Of a DNA stretch of 64,000 nucleotides, positions 50,849-61,552 are shown piece after piece. The DNA is from an uncultured Chloroflexia bacterium (GTDB lineage: Bacteria > Chloroflexota > Limnocylindria > QHBO01). The notes beneath the pieces were generated by a model, which was not told where the DNA came from, searched no databases, and worked only from the letters and a program-made list of their open reading frames with translations. The DNA is taken from contig CAWGTN010000002.1 of assembly GCA_963825525.1 (NCBI GenBank), positions 1,664,001 through 1,728,000 of the forward strand, in the 5' to 3' direction. Within the stretch, counting starts at the first letter, position 1; the number at the start of each line of letters is the position of its first letter. Made by a program: the position numbers and the translations under genes.

Positions 50849-51793
50849 TCAGCCGGGGAGATCGCCCGTCAGGAGGCGTCGGTAGGAGTCGTAGCGTGCC
50901 TCGGACACGGCCCCGGCCTCCACCGCCGCGCGCAATCCGCAGCGCGGCTCATGGAGGTGCGTGCAGTCGTTGAAGGCGCATGCCCCCAGGTGCGACCGAA
51001 ACTCGGGGAAACACGACGCCAACTCGGTCGACGGGATCTGCCACAGGCCGAGCTCGCGGATGCCGGGTGTATCGGCGACGTATCCGCCCTGCGGTCCGTC
51101 CAGAGGATGCAGCTCCGCGTGGGTGGTGGTGTGCTTGCCCTTCCCGCTCTCCGTCTCCGAGACCTCGCCCGTCACCAGCTGGAGGCCGGGCTGCAGGGCA
51201 TTGAGCAGCGTCGACTTCCCGACGCCGGACGGTCCGGTGACGATCGCCAGTTTGCCGGCGAGACGACTCCGCAGCTCTTCGAGGCCGATATCGGCCTTGG
51301 CACTGGCATACACGACGTCATAGCCGATGCGTTCGTACGGGCCGAACAGGGCGCGCGCCGCTTCCGATCCGACCAGGTCGACCTTGTTGGCCACCAGCAG
51401 CACCGGGACCTCGTTGTACTCCGCCACCACCAGGAAGCGGTCGATCAGGCGAGGGTTCGGTGGCGGCCGGTCGGTCGAGAAGACGACCGCCACGAGATCC
51501 GGATTGGCGACGATGACGTCCTCGCGCCAGGAGCCGCGGGGCCCGGGTTGGCGACGGCTGAAGCGCCCGGACCGTGGCTCGACCGCCGCGATGGCACCCG
51601 TCCCGTCAGGTAGCCGTTCGACCGAGACTCGATCGCCGATCACCGCCAGGTCGCTGGCCTGGCGTTCCTTCTTCATCCGACCGCGGAGGCGAGCTTCGAT
51701 GAGGGTTCCATCCGCTGTCTCGACGGTGTAGAAGCCGGAACGCGCCCGCAGCACGAGTCCCTCGTGCGTGGTGGGCTCATCCGAAGCTGGCAT
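50849..51793 (-). CDS. rsgA: Ribosome small subunit-dependent GTPase A
   Basis: NKVD, GPSGVGKSTLLN, GKHTTT, DTPG, CAFNDCTHLHEPRC. Confidence 0.96.
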   Translation of the reverse strand: MPASDEPTTHEGLVLRARSGFYTVETADGTLIEARLRGRMKKERQASDLAVIGDRVSVERLPDGTGAIAAVEPRSGRFSRRQPGPRGSWREDVIVANPDLVAVVFSTDRPPPNPRLIDRFLVVAEYNEVPVLLVANKVDLVGSEAARALFGPYERIGYDVVYASAKADIGLEELRSRLAGKLAIVTGPSGVGKSTLLNALQPGLQLVTGEVSETESGKGKHTTTHAELHPLDGPQGGYVADTPGIRELGLWQIPSTELASCFPEFRSHLGACAFNDCTHLHEPRCGLRAAVEAGAVSEARYDSYRRLLTGDLPG

Positions 51794-51828
51794 CGGAACG
51801 AGTCTAGTGCGGCCGGTAGCATGGCGGC

Positions 51829-52875
51829 GTGGACCACGTCGTCGCCCGCTATGAGCGCATCGTGTCCGATTGGTCCGCCCGGACCGCGGATCCGATGGAT
51901 CTCGTGCGCCTCGCCGCCGACGCCGCGCGGCTGGCCGCGGATGCGAGTCCAGGCTGGTACGGCTCCCAGAGTGGCGCGCTGCGTGCCGCCGCGCTGGCCG
52001 CTGCGGGCCATCCACCGGACATCGCGGTCATCATCGATGCGGATCTGCCGCCGGTCGATCCCACTGCGCCGGCTCGCCTCGCCGATCTGCTGCCCGGTGA
52101 CGGGCCGCTCCACGAGCGCATCCATCGCCATCGCGCGACGATGTTGATCCCGCCGGACCGGCTCGCCGAAGTTGCGGCTCGGCTGCTGCGATTGTTCCAG
52201 CGCCGAGCGACCGAGGACCTTGAGCTCGGCCAGGGCGTGCCGCTGGAGATCGGTCTCGCTCGACCGCGGAACGCCGGACCGGCAGAGGTGGAGTTGCCTG
52301 CAAGTTCGCCCCGCCTGAAGCTCGACTCCGGCCGAGCCTGGACCGCCGAGGCGTTGGCGCGGTGCATCACCGGGCGGGGAGTCCCCGGCGACTACCTCTT
52401 CGCCACGCTCCGGCCCGCGAGGCCGTCGTGGCATCCCAGCCCCCAGGACACCGTGGACCATGGGCTGCGCGCCGTAGGTCGCGAGGTGCTGCTGAGCGAC
52501 CACGAGCTGGGTCACGAGTTGCAGCGCATCGGGCGAGGCATCGGCGTGCCATGGGACGCCGAGCTGATCCTCGGCGTCTGGCGCGCAACCGATGATCTTG
52601 CGCCGGCACGGGCGGCGGCATTGGCAGCGGCAGTCACCCGCCACGAGCGCCGAACTCGAGTCCCTGGGCATGGCGCCGACGGTCGGCCGCCTCCGTCGTC
52701 GAGCGGGCTTCGGACCCGCTGGAGCGGGCACGCTGGGTGGCGAGGGCGGCCGGCCCACCCCTGGTTCGTCGGTGGCTGACGGTCACCGGCCAGACCGTCG
52801 GACTCGGACGCCTGGTGCGCGAACATCTCGTCCCGTCCCAGCTGCGCGTGGAGGTCGGGAATGCCGGAGCATTGA
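51829..52875 (+). CDS. Hypothetical protein resembling a degenerate DUF885-like protein (+1 frameshifts near 52640, 52681, 52870)
   Basis: LADLLPGDGPLHERI, VPGDY, corrected C-terminus DPLERARW...LVRRWL...REHLVPSQL; family call is inference. Confidence 0.55.
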
Positions 52876-54041
52876 GCGGTCCGTCGACGTTCTCCTGGTC
52901 GGAGGTGGCGTCGCGTCGGTTCGATGCGCCCGCGCATTGCGGCGCAATGGCTTCGATGGTTCGATCCTGCTGGTCGGCGACGAGGAGCGGCCGCCATACA
53001 ACCGCCCTCCGCTCAGCAAGGAGCTCCTGCGCCTTGATCTGCCGGACGACCTGGTCGATGCCGAGCCCGATGCCTGGTATCGGCGCCGATCGATCGATGT
53101 GATGACCGGCACCGCCGTGCGCACCCTGGAGCCGGAAGGACGGTCGGCGGTGCTCGCGGGTGGCGACACCATCCGTTTCGGCCGATGCCTGCTGGCCACC
53201 GGGGCCGAGCCTCGCCGCCTGTCGACTCCCGGGGCCGAGGAGGCCATGCTGCTGCGAACGTTCTCGGACGCTCGCAGGTTGAGATCCGCGGCAACGTCGA
53301 TGGAGCGCGGGGCCACCGCGGCGGTCATCGGCGGTGGATTCATCGGTCTGGAGGTGGCTTCCGGTCTTGCAGAGCTCGGCCTGCGTCCCATTGTCCTGGA
53401 GCAGGCCGAGAGGCTGTGGGGAGGCCGCCTCGGACGACTTCTCGAAACCTGGGCAGTCGGACCGGCTGCGATCCGCCGGCATCGAGGTCCGGTTCGGCGC
53501 CGAGGTCACTCGCCTCGACCCCGGGTCGATCCATGTCGGCGACGAACGCATCGAGGTCGGAATGGCCGTTGCGGGCATCGGCGTGCTCCCACGCTCGGAT
53601 CTTGCCGCGAGCGCCGGATTGGAGACCGACGACGGCGTGGTGGTGGATGCCGGCGGCCGGACGAGCCACCCGGCGATCTGGGCGGCCGGTGATGTCGCGC
53701 GATACGGGCCACTTCGCGTGGAGCATTGGCACGCGGCCCGAGAGTCCGGTGAGCGTGCTGGCCTCTCGATGCTGGGCCTACCTCTGCCCGACGTTCCGCC
53801 GCCGTGGGTCTTCACCGAGGTTGTCGGGATGGCCGTGGACATCGTCGGCGACGCGGCGGAATGGGACGACGAGCAGTGGCTGATTCCCGATCGCCTGCTC
53901 GTCCACACCAAGGCGGGCAGGGTCGTGCGGATCATCTCCATCGGGTCGGAGATGCCAGCGGGCGTCCTGCGCGAGGTGGTCGCCGCGCGCGAGTCAACCG
54001 AGTCGGTCAGCGCCCGGGCGGCCAGGCTGAACCGCCAGTGA
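52861..54041 (+). CDS. FAD-dependent NAD(P)H oxidoreductase, ferredoxin reductase type (+1 frameshifts near 52870 and 53460)
   Basis: GGAGG SD before ATG 52861; LLVGGG, PYNRPPLSK, LLATG, VIGGGFIGLE, WAAGD, RVEHW. Confidence 0.88.
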
Positions 54042-54065
54042 CCGCGGGGTCCCGCCGCCGCGGCG

Positions 54066-55808
54066 ATGCACGTGCTAGCCTCCGGTCACCACTACCCGCA
54101 CCGGGGGGCTCCCTTGCCCCGTCGACACACCGCTCGGACGCTGCCTCTCGCGGTGCTTCTCGTCCTCATCGCGGCCATCGGGCCCGCCCCGCGCCCCGTC
54201 GCGGCAGCCACCGATCGCCTGCCCGATCTGCGGATGGCACGGCTGGCCAACTTCTACACCGAGAACTCCGGCGGGGAACGGCGCCTCAGATTCCAGACGA
54301 TCATGACGAACGAGGGAGCCGGTCCGCTCGAGGTTCGCGGTACGCGAGACAACCTGACCCAGCCGCACCTGCGCACTCGGCAGGCGATATACGACACGGC
54401 GGGCGGCGTCCGACTTCGAGACACCCGCGCCCTTGCCGAGTATGCCGTGGATGGGCACGACCATTGGCACATCCAGGGGGTCATGCTCTACCAGCTGTGG
54501 TCCGCGAATGGGGTCGTGCGGCGCGGAACCAAGGTCGGGTTCTGCTTCCTCGATAGCTATCGGTACAACCTCGCGCTGCCAGGAGCGCCGCAGTCACAGG
54601 TCTACCCGGAACACCTGTGCGGTGATCGAGGCGACCTGACGAATCGGATGGGACTGTCCGTCGGCTGGGGCGACGACTACCCGGCCAACTTTGCATACCA
54701 GTGGATCGACATCTCGACGCTGCCGCCCGGCGACTACACGGTCCAGGCCCGGGCTGACGAGCAGAACTGGTACCTCGAGTCGGATGAGACGAACAACTGC
54801 GCCTACGCGCGGCTCAGGATCACGGCGTCGAATGGACCGGTCACGGTGCTTGGCTCCGGCCTGACCTGTGCGAAACCGCCGGCGTCGACGGCCCGGGTGG
54901 AGCGCCAGTACGGGAACAATCGGTACGAGACGGCCGCCGCAGCATCCGAGGACGCATTCAGCCCCGGGGTGCCCGTCGTGTACGTGGCCAGCGGCGCGAA
55001 CTTTCCCGATGCGCTGGCGGCCGGGGCCGCGGCCGGGTTCCAGGCCGGCCCGGTGGTCCTCGTGGCCAGGAACTACCTCCCGGCCCTCGCGATCACGGAG
55101 CTCGAGCGGCTCGATCCGCAGCGGATCGTCATCGTGGGCGGGACATCCATGATCTCCGAGTACGTCGCGTCACTGATTCGGCCTTACCAGACTGGAGGCG
55201 GGCTCACGCGGCTTGCAGGCACCGATCGGTACGGGACGGCCGCCATGGTCTCCTCGGTGTTCGCGCCCGGGGTCGACACGGCGTACGTCGCCAACGGACT
55301 GAACTGGCCGGATGCGCTGGCCGCCGTTCCCCACGCGGCACGTGCGGGCGCCCCGATCCTCCTCGCACCCACCACGAGCCTCCCGACGGCGACGCGCGAC
55401 GCGCTCGTCCGGCTTCGCCCGCATCGGATCATCGTCCTCGGCGGAACCGCCTCGATTGCGGCCAACGTCCAGGGCGCGCTGGATGCCTACGACCAGGGTG
55501 GGGGAGTCCTGCGCATCGCCGGCGCCGACAGGTATGCGACTGCCGCCGCCGTATCGAAGTTCCATCTCCCGGCCGGAGCCCCGATGGCCTACGTGACCAC
55601 CGGCGAGAACTTCCCGGATGCCCTCGCCGCGGGTGCGCCGGCCGCAGTCAGGGGAGCGCCGACCATCCTTGTCCGTACCGCCGCGGTGACCGCCCCGGCC
55701 GCCACGGAGCTTGAGCGCCTCAACCCGGCGCGGATCATCATCCTCGGTGGGCCGAAGATCGTGAATCAGGCTGTATTCAATCGCATGCTCGACTACGCGG
55801 ACGGCTGA
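54066..55808 (+). CDS. Secreted lysyl oxidase-family domain fused to three cell-wall-binding type 2 (CWB2) repeats
   Basis: Signal-like hydrophobic segment; LPDL, LRF, N.GAGPLE, GHDHWH, TKVGFC, GWGDDY, QWIDI, PGDY, ESDETNN; three G.DRY.TA...PDALA repeats. Confidence 0.85.
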   Translation: MHVLASGHHYPHRGAPLPRRHTARTLPLAVLLVLIAAIGPAPRPVAAATDRLPDLRMARLANFYTENSGGERRLRFQTIMTNEGAGPLEVRGTRDNLTQPHLRTRQAIYDTAGGVRLRDTRALAEYAVDGHDHWHIQGVMLYQLWSANGVVRRGTKVGFCFLDSYRYNLALPGAPQSQVYPEHLCGDRGDLTNRMGLSVGWGDDYPANFAYQWIDISTLPPGDYTVQARADEQNWYLESDETNNCAYARLRITASNGPVTVLGSGLTCAKPPASTARVERQYGNNRYETAAAASEDAFSPGVPVVYVASGANFPDALAAGAAAGFQAGPVVLVARNYLPALAITELERLDPQRIVIVGGTSMISEYVASLIRPYQTGGGLTRLAGTDRYGTAAMVSSVFAPGVDTAYVANGLNWPDALAAVPHAARAGAPILLAPTTSLPTATRDALVRLRPHRIIVLGGTASIAANVQGALDAYDQGGGVLRIAGADRYATAAAVSKFHLPAGAPMAYVTTGENFPDALAAGAPAAVRGAPTILVRTAAVTAPAATELERLNPARIIILGGPKIVNQAVFNRMLDYADG

Positions 55809-55974
55809 CCGGCGGAGCTCGGGCCCGGCGGCCGGATACTCGATCGACAGGTGGGTGCCGCCAACACCTGGACGGAGGAGCGCCTGGTTGTCGAAGGCGT
55901 GGGCGTCGAAACGGGTTCCACCGCGCAGCTCGTGTCCGGCTGATGCGCAGGTGGCGCCGTGGCGTATCAAGGTC

Positions 55975-56526
55975 ATGGACTGGACCTTCCCCCCCGACGC
56001 CGACAGCCCGGCCGATGGCCTATCCCGCATCGCCGATCGACTGATTCTGGAAACCGGCGACGATCGGCTTTCCGGCACGCGCTTTACCTACGACGCCCGC
56101 GAGATGCTGGAGGCGACGCGCGAGATCGAGGCCACATTGGCGGCCGGCGGCCGGCTGTGGGTCGGATTCCAGCGCGCCGCGAAACTCGATCACGAGGCCG
56201 ACCGCTACGCCGCGATCACCGGAGCAGGCACGCACGTCGTGGCGTTCGGCACCGGCGAGCCAAACCTGCCGGACGGCACTCAGCTGCAGTGGATCAGCCT
56301 GGACCCGAGTGTCGAGCGACTCGAAAACCAATGGTTCCTCGTCACGACCGAGCCGGAGCGGATCGCGTTCGTTAGCTGGGAGGTCTCCGAGCCCCAGCAG
56401 TTCGGCGAGGGTGGGATCAGCGCCCCCGGCAAGGAGTTCGTCGGCTTCGTCACCGAGGACGAGCGGGTGATCGGTTCGCTGGTCGAGCACCTCGAGTCGA
56501 CGTCCGGCGCGAGCGAATCGTCATGA
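55975..56526 (+). CDS. Stand-alone DICT-like sensory domain protein
   Basis: TREIE, LWVGFQR, DRY, VVAFG, LENQWFLV, FVGFVTED. Confidence 0.7.
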   Translation: MDWTFPPDADSPADGLSRIADRLILETGDDRLSGTRFTYDAREMLEATREIEATLAAGGRLWVGFQRAAKLDHEADRYAAITGAGTHVVAFGTGEPNLPDGTQLQWISLDPSVERLENQWFLVTTEPERIAFVSWEVSEPQQFGEGGISAPGKEFVGFVTEDERVIGSLVEHLESTSGASESS

Positions 56527-57032
56527 TCACGATCCTCGTCGCGACCGATGACGGCCGAGATGCAACCGTCTCCGTCGCGCGCGACGCGGCCCTGCGATGG
56601 GCGACGGCGCACGACGCGCGCGTTGTGCTGTACGACCGCGCCGCCGAGTCTTACTTCACCGATCCCTACCCCGGCGGGACCTGGTCCGCCGACGTGGAGG
56701 GCGTCCCCACGCCGGAGCAGCTGCTGGGCGCCGATGATCTCGAGATGCTCGGGCGCCGCTACCTCGCCGACCAGGTCGCCGACGCGCGCCGCTCCGGGGT
56801 CGATGCCCACGGATGGCTTCCGCCGCGGCCGGGCGTGCGGGGCATGGCGGAGGCGATCGAGCGCTTCGACGTCTCGGTGGTCATCCTGCCCGGTTCGATG
56901 TCACAGCCTTCGCTCATCAACCGAGTTCGCCGCAACACGGCCGAACGGTTCCGCGAGGCGCTCGATGCGACCGTCATCGTGGCCGACGGGACGACGGAGA
57001 TCCCCTCGACGCTCGCCTCCGCGAGGAGCTGA
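56523..57032 (+). CDS. Universal stress protein-like
   Basis: MITILVATD N-terminal strand, VVILPG, C-terminal ATVIVA; ATGA overlap with the DICT gene. Confidence 0.6.
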   Translation: MITILVATDDGRDATVSVARDAALRWATAHDARVVLYDRAAESYFTDPYPGGTWSADVEGVPTPEQLLGADDLEMLGRRYLADQVADARRSGVDAHGWLPPRPGVRGMAEAIERFDVSVVILPGSMSQPSLINRVRRNTAERFREALDATVIVADGTTEIPSTLASARS

Positions 57033-57096
57033 ACCGGCGCGAACGTCCGCCTGCCGTTCGGAGCGCGAAGCGAGGAGGGGGACGCTTTGACCACGG

Positions 57097-57158
57097 TTGA
57101 CCTTGGGCTCCGTTCGCGCGAGAATGGTCTCAGAACACCGACCAAATCAGTCGGGATT
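57097..57158 (+). promoter_or_regulatory. suf promoter and IscR-like (Rrf2) operator
   Basis: TTGACC-17-GAGAAT, then CCGAC-caaatca-GTCGG (57138-57154). Confidence 0.7.
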
Positions 57159-57198
57159 CGTGTGCAGGCGAATTCCGGCGCGAGCCCACGAGGAGCGC

Positions 57199-58608
57199 AT
57201 GGCCCTTCCGAATCCAGCCCTCAACGAGATTCCCGGCGGCTACAAGTACGGCTGGCACGATGAGGAGAAACCTCTCCAGATCTTCCAGAAGGGGCTGAAC
57301 GCCGAGATCGTCGCCAAGATCAGCGCCGTCAAGGACGAGCCGAAGTGGATGACCGATCTTCGCCTGAAGGCGTATCGGCACTTCGAGGCGCGTCCCATGC
57401 CGACGTGGGGCGGCGACCTGACCGGGATCGACTTCCAGGACATCTACTACTACGTCACGGGCACCGACAAGGCCGTCCAGAACTGGGACGACGTTCCCGA
57501 CTACATCCGTCGCACGTACGACAAGCTCGGCATCCCCGAGGCGGAGAAGAAGTACCTCGCCGGCGTCGGTGGCCAGTACGACTCCGAGGTCGTCTATCAC
57601 AACATCCGCGAGGACCTCGAGAAGCAGGGCGTCATCTTCCTGGGCACCGACCAGGCGCTGAAGGAGCACCCCGAGCTCTTCCGCGAGCACTTCGGAACGG
57701 TGATCCCGGCCAATGACAACAAGCTTGCGGCGCTCAACACCGCGGTCTGGTCGGGTGGCTCGTTCATCTACGTGCCGAAGGGCGTTCACGTGGAGCTGCC
57801 GCTCCAGGCCTACTTCCGCATCAACACCCAGAACATGGGCCAGTTCGAGCGCACGCTGATCATCGCCGACGAGGGTTCGAGCGTGCACTACGTCGAGGGC
57901 TGCACCGCCCCGACGTATTCGACCGCCAGCCTGCACAGCGCCGTGGTCGAGATCATCGTGAAGAAGGGCGCCCGCGTCCGATACACCACGATCCAGAACT
58001 GGAGCTCGAACGTCTACAACCTGGTCACCAAGCGCGCGGTGGCTCACGAGGACGCGGTCATGGAGTGGGTCGACGGCAACCTCGGCTCGAAGCTCACCAT
58101 GAAGTACCCGAGCATCTACCTCCTGGGCGAGCGTGCGCACGGCGAGGTTCTCTCGATCGCATTCGCCGGGGACGGCCAGCACCAGGACGCCGGCGGCAAG
58201 ATCATCCATGCCGCCCCGAACACGACCTCGCTGATCACCAGCAAGTCGATCAGCAAGGGAACCGGCCGCACGAGCTACCGCGGCCTGATCAAGGTCTACC
58301 CGGGGTGCGAGAAGTCGAAGTCGACCGTGCGCTGCGACGCGCTCATCCTGGACGATGACGCTCGCTCCGACACGTATCCCTACATGGAGATCGACGAGGA
58401 GGACGTGACCATCGGTCACGAGGCCACCGTCTCGAAGGTCGGCAGCGAGCAGCTCTTCTATCTGATGAGCCGTGGTCTGTCCGAGGCGGAGGCGTCGGCC
58501 ATGATCGTGAACGGGTTCATCGAGCCGATCGTCAAGGAGCTGCCGATGGAGTACGCGGTCGAGATGAACCGCCTGATCCAGCTCCAGATGGAAGGCGCGG
58601 TCGGCTGA
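57199..58608 (+). CDS. sufB: Fe-S cluster assembly protein SufB
   Basis: [56 protein letters not shown]. Confidence 0.97.
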   Translation: MALPNPALNEIPGGYKYGWHDEEKPLQIFQKGLNAEIVAKISAVKDEPKWMTDLRLKAYRHFEARPMPTWGGDLTGIDFQDIYYYVTGTDKAVQNWDDVPDYIRRTYDKLGIPEAEKKYLAGVGGQYDSEVVYHNIREDLEKQGVIFLGTDQALKEHPELFREHFGTVIPANDNKLAALNTAVWSGGSFIYVPKGVHVELPLQAYFRINTQNMGQFERTLIIADEGSSVHYVEGCTAPTYSTASLHSAVVEIIVKKGARVRYTTIQNWSSNVYNLVTKRAVAHEDAVMEWVDGNLGSKLTMKYPSIYLLGERAHGEVLSIAFAGDGQHQDAGGKIIHAAPNTTSLITSKSISKGTGRTSYRGLIKVYPGCEKSKSTVRCDALILDDDARSDTYPYMEIDEEDVTIGHEATVSKVGSEQLFYLMSRGLSEAEASAMIVNGFIEPIVKELPMEYAVEMNRLIQLQMEGAVG

Positions 58609-58612
58609 ACCG

Positions 58613-59866
58613 ATGACCCTGACCCAGGCCACATCGGCCCTCGACGCCGATGCGATCGGGCGCATCAGCGACCGATCGAACGAACCCGACTGGCTGCGTT
58701 CGCATCGCGCTGGCTGGTTGCTGCGCGCGTCCGAGACTCCGGAGCCGACCGGTCAGGAAGAGGAGTGGCGCCGCACCTCGCTCGACGCGCTGCCGCGGGA
58801 TGCCGAGCTGCTGTTGGACCCGCCGCAGCTCGAGACGCACCTGCCGGTGGGTGCCGCCGAGGCAGGCGTGATCCTCACCGACCTTCGAACCGCCGTGCGT
58901 GAGCACCCCGAGCTCGTCCGGAGCCACCTCGGAATGGCCGATGGGCCGGCATCCCATGCCCACTTCTGGGCGCTGGCCCAGGCCTCGTGGACCGGTGGCG
59001 TGTTCTGCTACGTGCCCCGTGGGGTGACCGTGGATGGGACATTGATTGCTCGACAGGCGCTGCCGCGCGCCGACGTCGCGTTCCACCCGATCTCGCTGGT
59101 GATCGCCGAAGAGTCGAGCAGCGTCACGCTGCTCGAGGAAGTCGTGTCGCCGGACGGGTCCGCGGGCTGGTACGGGGGCATCGTCGAGGTCATCGCCGGC
59201 CAGGACGCGCGGGTGCGGTACGCGAATCTTCAGCAGCTCGGCGACGGCGCGTGGCGAATCGGCGCCGAGCGGGTGGTCGTCGGCCAGGACGCCGTGGTCA
59301 CGACCCTCAACGCGGAGGTCGGGTCTCGGGTGACGAAGCTCGGCCTCGACGTGCTGATGGAGGGCAAGGGCGGAACATCACGCGTCCTGGGCATCCTTGC
59401 GGCAGGCGATGAGCAGCAGATCGACATCAACACGGTCCAGGACCTTGCCGCTGACCACACGACCAGCGACCTCCTCTACCTGTCGGCGCTCTACGACCGC
59501 GCTCACGCCTCGTTCTACGGTGTGACCAATGTTCGGCACGGAACGCGCCAGACGAGCAGCTACCAGGAGTGCCGCAACCTGCTGCTGAGTCCACATGCGG
59601 GCGCGGAGCCGATCCCCGTCCTCGAGATCGAGGCCAACGACATCCTGCGCTGCGGCCACGGGGCGACCGCCGGCGCGATCGACCCGACAACCCTCTTCTA
59701 CGCTCAGGCCCGTGGCCTGGATGCCGATGAGGCAGAGCGCATGATCGTCCGCGGATTCTTCGAGCAGGTGGTGGCGCAGATCGTGGACGAGACGATTCGT
59801 GAGCGCATCCTGGCTTCGTTGGCCCGGCGCATCGGCTCCGAAGAGTCGATTGAGGCTGCATCGTGA
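58613..59866 (+). CDS. sufD: Fe-S cluster assembly protein SufD
   Basis: EEWRRT, TTSDLLY, NLLLS, PVLEIEAND..CGHGAT, FYAQARG. Confidence 0.93.
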   Translation: MTLTQATSALDADAIGRISDRSNEPDWLRSHRAGWLLRASETPEPTGQEEEWRRTSLDALPRDAELLLDPPQLETHLPVGAAEAGVILTDLRTAVREHPELVRSHLGMADGPASHAHFWALAQASWTGGVFCYVPRGVTVDGTLIARQALPRADVAFHPISLVIAEESSSVTLLEEVVSPDGSAGWYGGIVEVIAGQDARVRYANLQQLGDGAWRIGAERVVVGQDAVVTTLNAEVGSRVTKLGLDVLMEGKGGTSRVLGILAAGDEQQIDINTVQDLAADHTTSDLLYLSALYDRAHASFYGVTNVRHGTRQTSSYQECRNLLLSPHAGAEPIPVLEIEANDILRCGHGATAGAIDPTTLFYAQARGLDADEAERMIVRGFFEQVVAQIVDETIRERILASLARRIGSEESIEAAS

Positions 59867-60198
59867 CGCCGCTCGAGCAGACCACGGCCAGCGGTTTCGT
59901 CACCGTGGCACGCACCGCGGACGTCGAGCCCGGGACGGTCCGGGTCGTCGAGATTGCGGGCCGCTCCCTGTGTATCGGCCTGACCGAGGACGGCGACTGG
60001 GGGGCCATCGACAACATCTGCACGCACGATGGCGGAACCCTCGGCGAGGGAGAGCTTGATGACTCCGGCGTGGAGTGTCCGCGTCACGGTGGCCGGTTCG
60101 ATCTGTTCACCGGACGCGTGCTCGCCCTCCCGCCCGTCCGACCGGTGGTCGCCTACGAGACCGTCGTCGAGGGCGACGAGGTCCGGGTCAGGTTCTGA
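59863..60198 (+). CDS. Rieske [2Fe-2S] ferredoxin
   Basis: CTH...CPRHG motifs. Confidence 0.93.
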   Translation: MTPLEQTTASGFVTVARTADVEPGTVRVVEIAGRSLCIGLTEDGDWGAIDNICTHDGGTLGEGELDDSGVECPRHGGRFDLFTGRVLALPPVRPVVAYETVVEGDEVRVRF

Positions 60199-60202
60199 GC
60201 CG

Positions 60203-60697
60203 ATGAAGATCAGCACGCGCACCGAGTACGGCATCCGGGTCCTCGTGACGCTGGCCCGCACCGATGAGGGTGCCTGCCTGTCACTCAGCGAGATCGCCAA
60301 ACGCGAGAAGCTGCCACACGCCTACCTCGAGCAGCTCGTGGGCGACCTTCGCCGAGCCGAGCTGGTGACCGCAACGCGCGGCCAGGCCGGCGGCTATCGG
60401 CTGGCACGACCCGCCTCACAGATTTTCATGACCGACGCGGTGCGCGCGCTCGACGGCCCGCTGCTCGAGATGCCCTGTGCCGGCTCGGAAGACCTGGAGC
60501 ACTGCAACCGACCGGAGCCGTGCAGCGTGCACGAGGTGTTCCAGCGCGTCCACGAGTCGCTCTCGATCTCGCTGGGGACCACGAACCTCGCGGACGTTGC
60601 CGCCGTTGCTGGCGGTCCGCCGTACCCGCAGCAGGTACGACGTCGCCGAGCGATCCAGCGATCAGCCATTACCCCGCAGGAAGCAAGGAACGCATGA
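60203..60697 (+). CDS. Rrf2 family (IscR-like) transcriptional regulator
   Basis: MKISTRTEYG, YLEQL, RGQAGGYRLA, C-x8-C-x5-C-x2-H. Confidence 0.92.
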   Translation: MKISTRTEYGIRVLVTLARTDEGACLSLSEIAKREKLPHAYLEQLVGDLRRAELVTATRGQAGGYRLARPASQIFMTDAVRALDGPLLEMPCAGSEDLEHCNRPEPCSVHEVFQRVHESLSISLGTTNLADVAAVAGGPPYPQQVRRRRAIQRSAITPQEARNA

Positions 60698-61536
60698 CCG
60701 ACGAACTCGTCATCTCCGGCCTCGAAGTGAGCATCGGGGAGAAGAAGATCCTCAAGGGACTCGATCTGACCGTCAAGAAGGGCGAAGTGCACGCGCTCAT
60801 GGGTCCGAACGGGTCGGGAAAGACCAGCCTGGCATTCACGCTCATGGGCCATCCCGAGTACCGCGTGACCTCCGGAACGGTCACGTGGCGCGGGAGCAAC
60901 CTCCTGGCCCTGACGCCGGACAAGCGCGCACAGCTCGGCGTCTTCCTCGCCTTCCAGTATCCGAGCGCGATTCCCGGCGTGACGGTTGCGAGCTTCCTTC
61001 GCAATATCTACAACGCCATCCATCACCCCAAGCTTCCGGACGCATCGGGTGAGACCTCCATCAAGTACACGGGCATCCCGCTGGCGAAGTTCCGCAAGCT
61101 GATGGAGGAGAAGATGGCCCTGCTCCACATGGATCCGGCCTTCGCGGCCCGATACGTGAACGAGGGCTTCTCGGGCGGCGAGAAGAAGCGGCTGGAGATG
61201 CTCCAGATGGCGATCCTCTCACCGTCCATGGCCATCCTGGACGAGACTGACTCGGGGCTCGATATCGACGCGCTCAAGAACGTGGCCGAGGGCATCAATG
61301 CGACGCTCTCGCCGGAGATGGGCGTCCTGCTCATCACCCACTACCAGCGCATGCTCAACTACGTGAAGCCGCAGTTCGTTCACGTTCTCCTCGACGGCCG
61401 CGTGGTGATGTCGGGTGGCGAGGAGCTGAGCCATCAGCTCGAGGCCAACGGGTACGACTGGGTCCGCGACCAGGTCGGCGTCCCGGATGGTGTCGGTGAC
61501 GAGGCGGCGGCCCCTGAGCCGGTCGCCCAGCACTAA
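60694..61536 (+). CDS. sufC: Fe-S cluster assembly ATPase SufC
   Basis: MGPNGSGKT, FLAFQYP, FSGGEKKR, LDETDSGLDIDAL, ITHYQR. Confidence 0.97.
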   Translation: MTDELVISGLEVSIGEKKILKGLDLTVKKGEVHALMGPNGSGKTSLAFTLMGHPEYRVTSGTVTWRGSNLLALTPDKRAQLGVFLAFQYPSAIPGVTVASFLRNIYNAIHHPKLPDASGETSIKYTGIPLAKFRKLMEEKMALLHMDPAFAARYVNEGFSGGEKKRLEMLQMAILSPSMAILDETDSGLDIDALKNVAEGINATLSPEMGVLLITHYQRMLNYVKPQFVHVLLDGRVVMSGGEELSHQLEANGYDWVRDQVGVPDGVGDEAAAPEPVAQH

Positions 61537-61552
61537 GCGGGCGGGACGCGAG

